Source: Octopus sinensis
Taxonomy: Eukaryota
Assembly (NCBI RefSeq): GCF_006345805.1
Contig: NW_021836745.1
Location: 1-22,716, forward strand
Direction of reading: 5' to 3'
DNA length: 22,716 nt
Below are positions 1-11,056 of the stretch, piece by piece (position 1 is the stretch's first letter; every line of letters starts with the position of its first letter). Both the position numbers and the translations under genes were made by a program. The notes beneath the pieces were generated by a model that did no database searches, was not told the origin of the DNA, and saw only the letters and a list, made by a program, of their open reading frames with translations.

Positions 1-1
1 C

Positions 2-46
2 AATGCTGGCCGTCCAAGACCCGCTCTAAATCTCTTCGGACAATAA
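2..46 (+). CDS. Possible 3' end of an upstream coding exon (NAGRPRPALNLFGQ-stop), unidentified
   Basis: Frame +2 reads aat gct ggc cgt cca aga ccc gct cta aat ctc ttc gga caa taa. It is complex, relatively GC-rich sequence at the window edge followed by low-complexity UTR/intron-like DNA. Only 14 codons are visible, so chance cannot be excluded. Confidence 0.2.
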   Translation, partial: NAGRPRPALNLFGQ

Positions 47-149
47 CAGAGAGAAAGAAACGTCATGGAAATTCTATAGGAAAAGAAATAATGTGATGGT
101 ACCGGTCGAGTTTATTTGTCTTGTCTTTTACTGGTCTTTTGTTCGTATC

Positions 150-840
150 CTCTATGGGTGTGTATGGTGGTGTATGCGTATGTGGTGGTTTGGATATGTG
201 TGTATATGTTTATATACGTGTGTATGTGGATATATGTAGGGGTGATTGTAGGTTTGTATAGACGTGGTAGAATGTGTCTAAGTGTGCATGTGAGTGTAAT
301 TATATCTATGTGTGGATATGTGTATACGTGTGCATGTATATGTGTACGTATATACATTAAGACGTGTGCATGTATGAATAGGTTCGAGTGACTGTGTGTA
401 GGCGTAATGTAGCAGTGTGTGTCGGTGTGTGAGTAGATGTGTATATAGTAGTGTGTAGGCATATATGTAGGGTCATGTTTCGTAGGTGTGTGTGTGTAAA
501 TTTGTGTAAGGTGTGTTTTCGTGATGGTATGTGTGCTGGTGTGTGTGTATGTAGGTATGGTTTCTGTATGAGGTGTGTTAGTAGGTCTACTCATAGGTGT
601 TGGAGCGTGGAGGTGAGCATAGACGTAGAGCCGTGTACGTATAGGTGTGTGCCTGCATGCGGGTATATATTGTCACTGATGTATAAATGATAGTGTAGAC
701 GATGTAGTGTAAAGTGTTAGATGTATTTTGGGTGAATGTAATATTAAAAGTACAACATGGCGTTTTTATGTATGTATAAATAGGTGTCTGTACGTGTTTA
801 TGGGAGTGTATATGCTTGCAAGCGTATATATATATATATA
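150..840 (+). repeat. Degenerate GT/TGTA low-complexity tract ending in (TA)n
   Basis: Strong G+T skew, gtgt/tgta units, recurrent gtagg/atagg; (TA)n at ~825-840. Confidence 0.8.
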
Positions 841-841
841 C

Positions 842-1152
842 GTGGAGGTGCAATGGCCTAGTGGTTAGGGCAGCGGACTGGCGGTCATAGGATCGCAGCT
901 TCGATTCCCAGACCGGGCGTTTGGAGTTTATATTGAGCGAAAACACCTAAAGCTCCACGATGCTCCGGCAGTGGGAGGTGGCGATCCCTGCAGTACTCTT
1001 TCGCCACAACTTTCTCTCACTCTTTCTTCTGTTGGCCTGCTCGCTTAGCCAGCGGAGTGGCGTCATTTGAAGGCTAAAACAATGTGAAGCGCATTGTGAC
1101 CAGCGATGCGTAGCAAAATCTGATAGCCTGGTCGGTCATGGTGATCACGGTG
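842..1152 (+). mobile_element. tRNA-derived SINE, group A (resembles octopus tRNA-Arg-derived OR-type), apparently full length
   Basis: A-box tggcctagtgg (854-864) and degenerate B-box agcttcgattccc (~897-909). Co-linear over ~300 nt with the reverse-strand copy at 6993-7290; the 5' half is shared with 19797 and 20790. Family name is from recall. Confidence 0.85.
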
Positions 1153-1209
1153 ATATATATATATATATATTCATAATAATATATTATTATTATTATTATT
1201 ATTGTTATT

Positions 1210-1242
<33 letters not shown>

Positions 1243-1255
1243 GTCATCATCATTA

Positions 1256-1304
<49 letters not shown>

Positions 1305-1307
1305 TAC

Positions 1308-1343
<36 letters not shown>

Positions 1344-1367
1344 TACTACTACTACTACTACTACTAC

Positions 1368-1409
<42 letters not shown>

Positions 1410-1410
1410 C
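1153..1410. repeat. Compound microsatellite (TA)n-(ATT)n-(ATC)n-(ATT)n-(ACT)n-(ATT)n
   Basis: Directly visible. Confidence 0.95.
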
Positions 1411-2141
1411 ATTGAATTTGCTGCTGCTATTGGTATGGATGTTGCAGTAGAAATTTTGCTGACACTGTTACAGTTTTTATTGTCATGGATATTGTTGTTG
1501 TTGTTGTATTTGTGTTTTTTTGCCAGAAAATTGATCGAAGCCAACAATGTCGTCCTCGCTGCTGCTGCTGCAGTTGTTGTTGTTGTTATGGCTGTTGTTG
1601 CATATTTGTCATTTTTGTTAGTTACAACAAATGTGCCAGTCCAATTTTCGTTTCAGTTTTAGAAAAATTCCAAAGGGAAGATGGAACGGAAAATTTAAAA
1701 ATAAAATAAAATAATAAATAATAATAGTAATAATAAATAATAATAATAATGAAAATAAAGCAATAAATGTTAAAATCATAAAAAAATACCTCAAAAATGC
1801 ACGTAAAATAACAGAAAAATTTTCACATAATTAGTTTTAACATAGTGTTTTTTTTTCTTGGTGTTGTTTTCGTAATTATTGTTATTGTGGTAATTTTTCA
1901 GGTCGCAAATGTGTGTGTATGTATGTGGGTGTGATTGTATATGTGTGTGTATGTGTGTGCATGTATGTGCTGTTGTTGCTGTTGTTGTACCAGCTGCTAA
2001 TTTTATTGTAGGCAGACTTTAAGAATCGTGGGACATCTTGCGTCAAAAAGAAAAAGAAAAAAGAATCGATGAAAAAGTGCAGAGAAAAATTAGTAAATGG
2101 ACAAAAAAAAGACCTTCAAAGAATACGCTGCACACATCTTT

Positions 2142-2345
2142 CACCATCACCGCCACCACCATCACCGCTGCCGCCGCCACCTCTGCAGTCGCCGTCAAGA
2201 AGCCACCATCAACACCATCACCATCACCAACACATCCACCACTATGACCATCGACTCCAACCCCAACACCACTACTACAATCATCATGACGACGCACACG
2301 ACCACGACCACGACCACGACGACCACGACGACCACGACCACCACC
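2142..2345. repeat. Degenerate (ACC)/(GCC)/(ACG) trinucleotide tract
   Basis: Directly visible; includes (ACCACG)n at ~2301-2343. Confidence 0.85.
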
Positions 2346-2402
2346 TCTTCTATCACCAGCATACCTTAACTAAAGCAACGTAGAGAAAACAATGGGTGTT
2401 TA

Positions 2403-2436
<34 letters not shown>

Positions 2437-2454
2437 CCATATCTGTCTGCCTGC

Positions 2455-2539
<85 letters not shown>

Positions 2540-2540
2540 C

Positions 2541-2590
<50 letters not shown>
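2403..2590. repeat. (TA)n followed by (CTAT)n microsatellite
   Basis: Directly visible; near-perfect (CTAT)n at ~2455-2590. Confidence 0.95.
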
Positions 2591-2627
2591 GCATATACAT
2601 TAATACATATGCTTGTGCGTATGTATT

Positions 2628-2792
2628 AGGTGCAGAAGTGGCTGTGTGGTAAGTAACTTATTTCCCAACAGCGTGGCTCCAGGTTCAGTCCCACGGTGAG
2701 GCATCTTGGGACAGTGTCTTCTGCTACAGCCTCGGGTCGACCAAAGTCTTATGAGTGAATTTGGTAAATGGAAACTCAAAGAAGCCCGTCGT
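2628..2792 (+). mobile_element. tRNA-derived SINE, group B, 5' part with CORE-like segment
   Basis: A-box-like tggctgtgtgg and B-box-like ggttcagtcc, then ggcatcttgggacagtgtctt. Homologous to 18176-18278 and to the diverged reverse copy at 10562-10718. Confidence 0.75.
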
Positions 2793-2807
2793 GTATATAT
2801 GTCTGTA

Positions 2808-3215
2808 TGAGTTAGAAGTTAAACAACCATCCAAGGGATAATAAATATCCAGTATACTACTGGATGTATACCTACGTATTTATATCCAATTGCTTACTAT
2901 TGCAGGGCTGTATCGCAATTGAAGAGTATGTACAAGTGGGGGTAAAGCAGAAGTTTACCTAGAATTTATAAGGCGAATAAGAAAATGGAGAGGATAATCA
3001 ATCGACAAACATCAGCCTACAAACATTCATTTGGATCTATTTATTAATTAATTACAATCATATTTATAAGTAATCAAAATAAATGAAATAAACAAATAAA
3101 CAAGAAAATAAATAGATAAATAAAAACAAATAAGAATAAATGAGTGAAAAATACTACACCCTTACAGCTGTTTCTATTGTCCAATTGTCAAGTTTTCTAC
3201 ATCATACCAATAATA
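2808..3215 (-). mobile_element. Probable Penelope-like element terminal fragment
   Basis: The minus strand has gaaacagctgta (3174-3163; GAA + palindrome ACAGCTGT + A), the 3' half of a minimal hammerhead, followed by a long T-rich stretch. There is no coding support and the boundaries are approximate. Confidence 0.35.
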
Positions 3216-3380
3216 TATAGGGATTATACAAAGGTTGAAAAAACATTGGACAGGGGTTGGACAATGATTGGGGCTCAATCATTTGATTAATACTTCATCG
3301 GCCCAGAAACGAAGAACGGTTATGTTGGTATAGACTGGAATCGAACTGAGATCCGAAACCATTGAAACATTGTGTTGAAC

Positions 3381-3530
3381 TGGACCCATACTTTATCGGC
3401 ACAGAAAAAAAAAAAGAAAAATAGATGAAAAATGAGGGTTTAGTTAAGGATTTGGTTAGTCTTGTGTGGGACTCGAACCAAGAAGTTTTGTCAGTCGCAA
3501 CACATACCACAAAGCATTCTGCATAGCCGC
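3381..3530 (-). mobile_element. Highly diverged SINE group C remnant
   Basis: catactttatcggc...gatgaaa...gggactcgaacc (reverse B-box ggttcgagtccc)...ataccacaaagcattc, in the same motif order as reverse copies at 21352 and 22028. Confidence 0.4.
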
Positions 3531-4009
3531 CATTTTCAGAAACAGATGAAACGAGAAGATTCGACCCTCATTATCAATTCTCATACACTGAACTTCAGTT
3601 GTCGTTTACAAGGTCAGGGTGAAGATTTTGAAAGAAAATAGACGTTGATTCAAGAAGAATTGTAGGGAAGAGAGAACAATGAAAGAAAGAACGAGAGAAA
3701 TAAATAAATACACAATGAAAGGATACAAGAGACGTTGAAAGGAAGATATGAAGAAGGTTACAAGGAAAGCAGTGAAATGATATTTATATATTTAGACGAG
3801 GCGGAAAAGGAAACCTTTTGTTTTACTCTGGCAACTTTTGATTAATTAATTTGTTTAGAGACGAGAAGTAAACTTTCGTTGTGTTATGGAGCAAATTTGA
3901 CCTCCGCATTCTCTAAGTTTGTAGTGTGAGGGTTGATAATTCTAAAAGAACCGGAACTCTCATTTGGAACTATTGCTTCGCGTTTCTATAAAAATACGCG
4001 TACGCACAA

Positions 4010-4330
4010 AGACAGAGAGAGAGAGAGACAGAGCCACACGCACGCACACACACACACAAATACACATGCGCATACACACGCAGACACGGATAGAGAAAGT
4101 CGTACAGACGTAGAGACGGAGAAAGAACCACACGTAGAAACAGAAAGAGCAGAGAAATTACAGAGAGGGAGGGCCAGGTACGCACTCACTTATACGTATA
4201 GCAACGCGCACACATAAACACACGCACGCACGCACGCACACATACACAACTAGACAAATATAGAGACAGACATAGAGGCAAAGAGTATCACACACACACG
4301 CACATACACACACACATGCACATACACTGC
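4010..4330. repeat. (GA)n/(CA)n/(CACG)n low-complexity tract
   Basis: Directly visible. Confidence 0.85.
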
Positions 4331-4417
4331 AGTAGACAAATGTAGGCGTTCGTACAAATGCAGTCACACATCACGGAGATCATTTCAATAGAAGCAACAA
4401 CAAAGATAACACACAAT

Positions 4418-4660
4418 CGCCGCCGCTGCCGCCACCACCGCCACCAGCAGCAGCAGCAGCACCACCACCACCACCGCCATGACAATGACAACGACAATAA
4501 AGACGATGCCGAGGATAAAGCCAGCCCCACTTGCCACCGCCACCACCCTCACTATCATCAAAACCATCACAGACACCCGCTACCAATCGAACCATGCCAA
4601 ACGCACACCGACAAAAACACAACCCCACCACCACCACCATCGCCGCCACCACCACCGACA
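4418..4660. repeat. Degenerate (GCC)/(CAG)/(CAC) trinucleotide tract
   Basis: Directly visible. Confidence 0.8.
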
Positions 4661-4754
4661 TGACCACCCTTTGTGAATCTTCCCTTTGTTATAGATAAAC
4701 AATATCTGACGTGAACATCTGCGAGGTATTCACTGATGGAGAGGGCGAAATGTC

Positions 4755-4797
4755 AACAATAACAACAGCATCAACGACGGCGACAACTACTACAACC

Positions 4798-4829
<32 letters not shown>

Positions 4830-4930
4830 ATACAACAGCCATGACCTCAAACGCAACAATAGTGACAACGACAACAACACCACCACCACCACCACCACAA
4901 CAACAACAACAACGACAGCGACGACCTTAA
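4755..4930. repeat. (AAC)/(ACC) compound microsatellite
   Basis: Directly visible. Confidence 0.9.
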
Positions 4931-5324
4931 CGAAGACGAACTGGAAATAGCGAAAGCATTTTAAGATAACGATTGTGTGATTACAATTGGATGTCATTCG
5001 TTAGCAAAGTCGGGTCAAAAGGATATGGTAGGGGTCCTCAATATGCAAAAGAGGAAAAATCATTTATTTGATAATTCCATTACCCCATTGTATAATGTGG
5101 ACATATGGTTATTGTGATTAATATTTCTATGAAAACGTCTCCTTGCTGCATGCATACCACATTCCCATACAGGCAAGCCAGTGAGTAAAATCGAAGCGGA
5201 AATACGCAGCGGTTCACTTTGTATTACTTTTAAAGATAACCGGAAGACCGGAAGTGAATATTTGAATTCACAACAAGAAATTTTAGTTGAAGATATATAT
5301 GTCTGTTGGAGATGGTGCTGCTTT

Positions 5325-5852
5325 CTGTGTGTTTGTGTGCGTGTTTGTATACGTTTATCAATGTATGTATGAACGTGTGTGTTTCTTCTGTGTGTGTTTC
5401 TGTGTGTGAGTATTTGTGTTTTTGTGGCTGTGAGTGCATGTGTATATATCTGTATGTGTGTATACGTTTATGAATATATTATGAGTGTATGTGTATGTTC
5501 GACTATATATGTCTACGTGTATATATATGCATATGCGATTGTAATAAATGCCTGTATGTATAAACATATATGTATGCATATACATATATATATGTAAGTA
5601 TGTGTTTAATGTATGAACATGTATTTGAAACATGTATTTGTGAGCTTAACATATATGCATGTATATATATATATAATATTATATATATATATATATATAT
5701 GGTTATGTGTTTTTTGTGTACGTTCATGTAGACATATATGCGTAAGTGAGTTTGTAGAAATCTTTGCATGTACATATACATATATTCATGTACACACACC
5801 ACATATACATACATATACATATATATGTATGAAAGTATAAATATATATATAT

Positions 5853-5899
<47 letters not shown>

Positions 5900-5962
5900 G
5901 TGTGTGTATGTGTGGGTGGGTGTGTTTGTGTGTGTGTATGTGTGTGTGAGTGTGTATACACA
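5325..5962. repeat. (GT)/(TA)/(TATG) low-complexity tract
   Basis: Directly visible. Confidence 0.9.
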
Positions 5963-6589
5963 CGAACGCCTCTAAGAGTCTATGCAAATGCACGTTCTCT
6001 TCTGGATATGTGAGCCACCCTGCCGCGGTCACTAACATCATCATTCTTATCATCATCTTCCTCCTCCTTCTCCTCCTCCTCGTCATCATCATCACCGTCA
6101 TCATCACCATCAACTTCTTCATAATCATGTAAATGTGAAAGCCCTTCACACCCCTTGTTTCCTACACCAGCAAAATCAAAGGGTACAACCACGAAAATAC
6201 AAACAATTTAAATGCCTTTGCTATAACTGCCAACACCTACCACACAGATAGAGAAAAGGAGTGCTTTTACCCGGTCACTTGCCTTGCTAGAAATAGTAGC
6301 TAAATTTCTCAAAAATCACACGCTGTTTCGTTCATACGTACGCCCTTTTCATGTTCACCATGGCCATTATGCAAATATTTCTATTTGAAGATGTTTGTGT
6401 TTAGATATTTTCTTCCATTGATGTTCCCTTTTGTAGTTCCTTTTCTTTCATGGGGCCTCAACTCTTGAAAGGGTTTTAAGGAAAGTGTCATCGTCACCCT
6501 GTAGCTTTTTAACCTGGAGGTGGCCAGCCTTTTTCAGATCTGAACACAACAGATTTCATTCCAGGAATTAAAGGAGGAAGAGAGGTTGA

Positions 6590-6992
6590 GTGAGAGAGAG
6601 AGAGAGAAAAAGAAAGAGAGACAAATAGATGGATTGAGTGATTTGTAGGACGCTGGGTATATAGGTATATAAATGTATAGGAAAATAGATAGAGAGAGTG
6701 GGGAAAGACAAATATAGGTAGATAGATACAGCACTGATGCAAAGATGTAGATAGAGAGATTGACAAATAGATGGATACATTGATTTCTAGGTAGCTATCT
6801 AGCTATATATGTAGATAAACGCATAGATAGATAAAGAGAGAGGGAGAGGGAGAGAGAAAGAAGGAGAGACATATATATAGAGAGATACAGAACCGATGCA
6901 AAGATGTATGGATAAAAAAATTAATATTAATATATATATATATATATATATATAAATATATATATATATGAGTGTGTGTGTATATATATATA
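6590..6992. repeat. (GA)/(GATA)/(TA) low-complexity tract
   Basis: Directly visible; gatgcaaagatgta occurs twice (~6736 and ~6895). Confidence 0.85.
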
Positions 6993-7290
6993 TCACGTGA
7001 CCGACTAGGCCATCAGATGTTGCTATACATCGCTGGTCACAATGCGCTTCGTGATGTTTTAGCCTTCAAATGACGCCACCCCGCTAAGCGAGCAGGCCAA
7101 CAGAAGAAATAGTGAGAGAAAGTTGTGGTGAAAGAGTACAGCGGGGATCGCCACCACCCTCTGCCGGAGCTACGTAGAACTTTAGGTGTTTTCACTCAAT
7201 AGACACTCACAATGCCCGGTCTGGGAATCGAAACCGCGATCCTACGACCGCGAGTCCGCTGCCCTAACCACCGGGCCATTGCGCCTTCAC
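6993..7290 (-). mobile_element. tRNA-derived SINE, group A, apparently full length
   Basis: Reverse complement reads gtgaaggcgcaatggcccggtggttagggcagcggactcgcggtcgtaggatcgcggtttcgattcccagaccggg..., co-linear with 842-1152 to the ...gtcggtcacgtga end. TCG lies at the anticodon-like position. Confidence 0.88.
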
Positions 7291-7297
7291 ACATGCA

Positions 7298-7337
<40 letters not shown>

Positions 7338-7392
7338 AACTTAGAATGATAGTAATTGTTATTGAGTGAAAGAGTGCAATAAAAATGGAAGA

Positions 7393-7570
7393 ATCGGTTT
7401 TAGTACAGAACTGGCACTTTATCAGCGCTGCGAGAAGTAAGCAAAAACAACCAAAGACGAAGAAACAGAATAGACCAAACAGGGATTTGAACCAACAGCG
7501 TAGAGATCTGGATCGAAGATCGCAGAGCTTTCTATGCCGACGTTTCTGACGACTCAGCCGGCTCGACACC
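7393..7570 (-). mobile_element. Diverged SINE group C copy
   Basis: actggcactttatc...gggatttgaacc...gactcagccggctcgacacc parallels ggtacttattttatc...aatttgaactc...gattctgccagctcgctgcc of the 21352-21505 copy. Confidence 0.5.
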
Positions 7571-7721
7571 AAATTGCAGGATGATATTATCGTCCATTAA
7601 AATTGATGTATCGATTAGTAACAGCAGTTTTAAAAACATTCCTGATGGAACATATATATTAAAGAGAAGCGGGAGGAGTCGCTGCAACATCAACTGCAAC
7701 GCCATTTTTAGAAGCCTTAAA

Positions 7722-7898
7722 ATATTATATATACATACATATAAATATATATACATACATACATGTATATATAAATATATAATATATCTATATATATATA
7801 TAATAAATATATCTTTTTTATATATATATATATGTATATATATGTATATATATATATGTATATATATATATAAATATATCTTTATATATATAATATAT

Positions 7899-7935
<37 letters not shown>

Positions 7936-7975
7936 TATGTATGTATGTATGTATGTATGATGCATATGCATGTAT
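7722..7975. repeat. (TA)n/(TATG)n tract
   Basis: Directly visible. Confidence 0.95.
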
Positions 7976-8034
7976 GCGCTATAAATTATAATTTTAAAAA
8001 GATAACGGCTTTATGAAACATGCTCCTTTTCAAA

Positions 8035-8154
8035 AAAACTACGCCATTGAAAAAAATAAATATTTTTTGATGATCAATACACTGAAAACTGTGTTGAAGT
8101 AGATAAGATAACTACTAAAGAATTGTTAAAAACATTTTGGAAATCCATTTTTTA
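8035..8154 (+). repeat. Unclassified ~120-bp dispersed repeat, copy 1 (copy 2 at 11816-11934)
   Basis: Shared blocks aaaactacgccattgaaaaa, tgatc(a/g)atac and cattttg(t)gaaatccatttttta in the same order and similar spacing. Confidence 0.65.
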
Positions 8155-8159
8155 TGGGT

Positions 8160-8226
8160 TGGTGATGGTGGTGGTGGTGGTGTTCTTGGTGGTGGTGGTG
8201 GTTGTGGTGGTGGTTGTGATGGCGGA
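8160..8226. repeat. (GGT)n microsatellite
   Basis: Directly visible. Confidence 0.9.
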
Positions 8227-8429
8227 GGACGCATTCCATTTTTGGAAATCCAATTTTTGAAAAATGCAATTTTTGGTTTTGGTGAAGTGAGGAAAATTAA
8301 TGCTATATGCTGAAAGATTGCTGAGCCGTCACTTGTAAGCGAGGGGAATCTAGTACCTTGTACTGTTTCTTTGTTAAATGTTTTTATGCACTGATGCAGT
8401 CACGAGTGATTACATAGGCATCTAATGCA

Positions 8430-8566
8430 GTGAAGGCATTTGGCCTAGCGACTAGACTGTCGTGTTTTCGGTTCCTGGACTGGCAGGTTGCGTTCTGCTC
8501 TTTGGTATAGCACTATATATCACGCTGCTTCATTCGACTCAGCTGTAAACGAAGAAACTTGCGACG
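8430..8566 (+). mobile_element. Diverged tRNA/CORE-type SINE, group D
   Basis: gtgaaggcatttggcctagcg (A-box-like), ttcggttcctggac (B-box-like), then ttgcgttct...gcttcattcgactcagctgtaaa, shared with 9729-9872. Confidence 0.5.
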
Positions 8567-8674
8567 AAGAGGCGCGCCGTTTAATGTTGACGTTTTCTTT
8601 TCGGTTACATACACGGCTCGGTTATATTCACGCCCTATGAATCCTAGGAGACGGCACAGAAATACGCCGAGGCT

Positions 8675-8689
8675 GATGGTGATGATAAC

Positions 8690-8734
<45 letters not shown>

Positions 8735-8847
8735 AATGAAGGAGATGATAATGATGATTGTGATGGTGGTGGTGGTGATGATGATGATGATGATGATGAT
8801 GATCCTGATGATCATGGGGATGATGATGATAATGATGATGATCCTGG

Positions 8848-8908
<61 letters not shown>

Positions 8909-9001
8909 GATGATAACGTTGATGATGATGACGATGATGATGTTGGCAACAACGACGATGACAACGACGATGACAACGACGACGTGGACGAAGATGATGA
9001 T
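8675..9001. repeat. (ATG)n array grading into (ACG/ACA)-rich units
   Basis: Directly visible. Confidence 0.95.
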
Positions 9002-9295
9002 CTCGAACAGGCATCGACAAAATTCGGCCCTTTCCCTTTCCACCCAGCAAAGCATCACGGAAGTTGATGCTAGAAGGAGACAAAGCTGTACCAGATCGAT
9101 TTCAAACTCTATTGGTAAAGTGTAACTTAGTCCAGCTTGTCGCCCCGTCTGAAACTAAACGTGTAACCCCACCAAACATGCTGTATGACGAGGACGTTTT
9201 ATTAAACGCCTTTTATTAGACAAAAATCAAAACCCGTCGAAGGTCGGAGAAACACAAGAGAGTTAACGGCCAGCCGATATTGTGTAAACGTTATT

Positions 9296-9486
9296 GCGGC
9301 GAGCTGGCAGAATCGTGAGCACGCCGGGCGAAATGCTTAGCGGTATTTCGTCTGCCGTTACGTTCTGAGTTCGGGATTGATTAAATAAGTACCTGTTATG
9401 CACTGGGGTCGATATATTCGACTTAATCCGTTTGTCTGTCCTTGTTTGTCCCCTCTGTGTTTAGCCCCGTGTGGGTAGTAAAGAAA
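9296..9486 (+). mobile_element. SINE group C (tRNA head, Meta-domain-like core), tail type 1, with 37-nt internal deletion
   Basis: gcggcgagctggcagaatcg...gaaatgcttagcggtatttcg; highly similar to the adjacent copy 9496-9716 but lacks aaattccgccgaggtcaactttgcctttcatcctttc. Confidence 0.85.
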
Positions 9487-9495
9487 CAGTTATGT

Positions 9496-9716
9496 AGGCG
9501 ATGAGCTGGCAGAAATGTTAGCACGCCGGGCAAAATGCTTAGCGGTATTTCGTTGCTGTTACGTTCTGAGTTCAAATTCCGCCGAGGTCAACTTTGCCTT
9601 TCATCCTTTCGGGGTCGATAAATTAAGTACCAGTTACGCACTGGGGTCGATGTAATCGACTTAATCCCTTTGTCTGTCCTTGTTTGTCCCCTCTTTGTGG
9701 GCAATAAAGAAAAAAA
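9496..9716 (+). mobile_element. SINE group C (tRNA head, Meta-domain-like core), tail type 1
   Basis: B-box-like gagttcaaattcc followed by gcctttcatcctttcggggtcgataaattaagtacc, which resembles the MetaSINE central domain (recall). A-rich end. Confidence 0.85.
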
Positions 9717-9728
9717 TATAGTATAAAC

Positions 9729-9872
9729 GTGTATGTTCTTAGTGGTTAAGGTGGTGCACACATGATCGCCACATCACGGTTTCGATTTTCAGACCGGATG
9801 TGGTTTGCGTTCTTGAGCAAAGCTCATTTTATATTGCTCCTTGCTTCATTCCGATTGGCTGTAAATGGCAAC
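9729..9872 (+). mobile_element. Diverged tRNA/CORE-type SINE, group D
   Basis: cttagtggtt (A-box part), ggtttcgatt (B-box part), gttcttgagcaaag (CORE-like), ggctgtaaatgg; may extend to ~10030. Confidence 0.55.
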
Positions 9873-10122
9873 TCTTTGAGAAGGATTGGCGTACAAGGAT
9901 GAGATGGCGACACAAGAAAAATCACCCGAATGGAGCCTTGCAAGGTCCCGTTTTGTATTCGGTGATCGAAAGGGGGAACAGCACAACCCTTACTGAAAAC
10001 CCCGACTGGCTGGGATTGCTTGTTCAACCACATCGAATTATACATGAATGAATCATTCCGTCATCAACAGATTCGCGTTTTCATTAGTCGACGGAAGCAA
10101 TGTTATTCGAAATATCTAAATG

Positions 10123-10124
10123 TA

Positions 10125-10185
<61 letters not shown>

Positions 10186-10279
10186 GTCTGTCTGCCTGTC
10201 TGTCTGTCTCTCTGTCCGTCTGTTTGTCTGTCTGTCTATCTATTTATCTATCTATCTATCTATCTATCTATCTGTCTAA

Positions 10280-10333
<54 letters not shown>

Positions 10334-10388
10334 GTCTGTCTGTTTGTCTGTCTGTCTATCTATCTATCTATCTGTCTGTCTGTATGTA

Positions 10389-10438
<50 letters not shown>

Positions 10439-10464
10439 TCTATCTATCACTATCTATCTTTCTT

Positions 10465-10498
<34 letters not shown>

Positions 10499-10561
10499 CA
10501 TTTGAATATATATACATGTATATATATATATAATATATAATATATATATATATATATATAT
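10123..10561. repeat. (CTAT)n/(CTGT)n compound tetranucleotide repeat then (TA)n
   Basis: Directly visible. Confidence 0.95.
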
Positions 10562-10718
10562 CACGGGTTTCCACACACTTCAAGTCAAACAAATAGTCAC
10601 TCACAAGGCGTTGATCCACCCGGGTTTAAACAGGAACTCACCCATGTGCACATATTGAGACTGATTTCATTATCTTATGATTGCAAAGAGAACCTTCCTA
10701 CAACAGAGGTCTCCCTAC
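10562..10718 (-). mobile_element. Diverged SINE group B-related copy
   Basis: Reverse complement ...cccgggtggatcaacgccttgtgagtg...ggaaacccgtga(ta)n parallels ...ctcgggtcgaccaaagtcttatgagtg...agaagcccgtcg(ta)n at 2730-2800. Confidence 0.5.
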
Positions 10719-10944
10719 ATTAGATATTTTAAAATATGATTTAGCCTCTACTTCACTATATATTTTCCATCCAGCACGTGTCCCTAGGCAACTTGCTTCC
10801 TTCTAGTTATAATATTCAGTTCTTTAGATTTCTCTCTGTTTGTTTTCACCTAGAAAATGAACAGCAAAAAAAAATGCCTCTGCATCGTGTGTGTTTATAT
10901 AATCGATATAATGTTGAAGATGATATAAATTCCCAGCGTCTTCA

Positions 10945-11056
10945 GCATCGCCATTAGCCATCGCTATCGCCAACCGCCATTGCAGACGTCGTCTCCATCG
11001 GCCATTGCCAGTGCCGACGTCATGTGCCATTGCTAGCGTCTTCGCCATCGACATTG
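10945..11056. repeat. Decayed (CATYGC)n hexanucleotide tract
   Basis: Recurrent catcgc/cattgc/gccat units. Confidence 0.55.

Noticed and set aside
842-920. tRNA gene-like heads (also 7215-7290, 19797, 20790)
   Set aside because: There is no proper acceptor stem and they continue into a shared repeat body, so they are SINE heads and not tRNA genes.
2845-2867. Short hairpin atccagta-tac-tactggat
   Set aside because: An 8-10-bp stem inside a probable repeat is not informative alone.
4733-4753. ctgatggagagggcgaaa, hammerhead-like
   Set aside because: The core is not CTGANGA and stems I and II do not form.
6268-6322. Fragment resembling a SINE 3' tail (cacttgccttgctagaaatagtagctaaat)
   Set aside because: There is no second clear copy in the window; it is recognised only from memory and too short to support.
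8513-9125. Poly-Met/His/Ile/Asp ORFs here and at 13289-14126 and 22148-22610
   Set aside because: They are open in several frames because of (ATG)n repeats; there is no coding signal.
9296-9716. Repeat-spacer or CRISPR-like tandem arrangement
   Set aside because: These are two ~200-bp SINE copies in eukaryotic DNA, with no short regularly spaced repeats and no cas genes.
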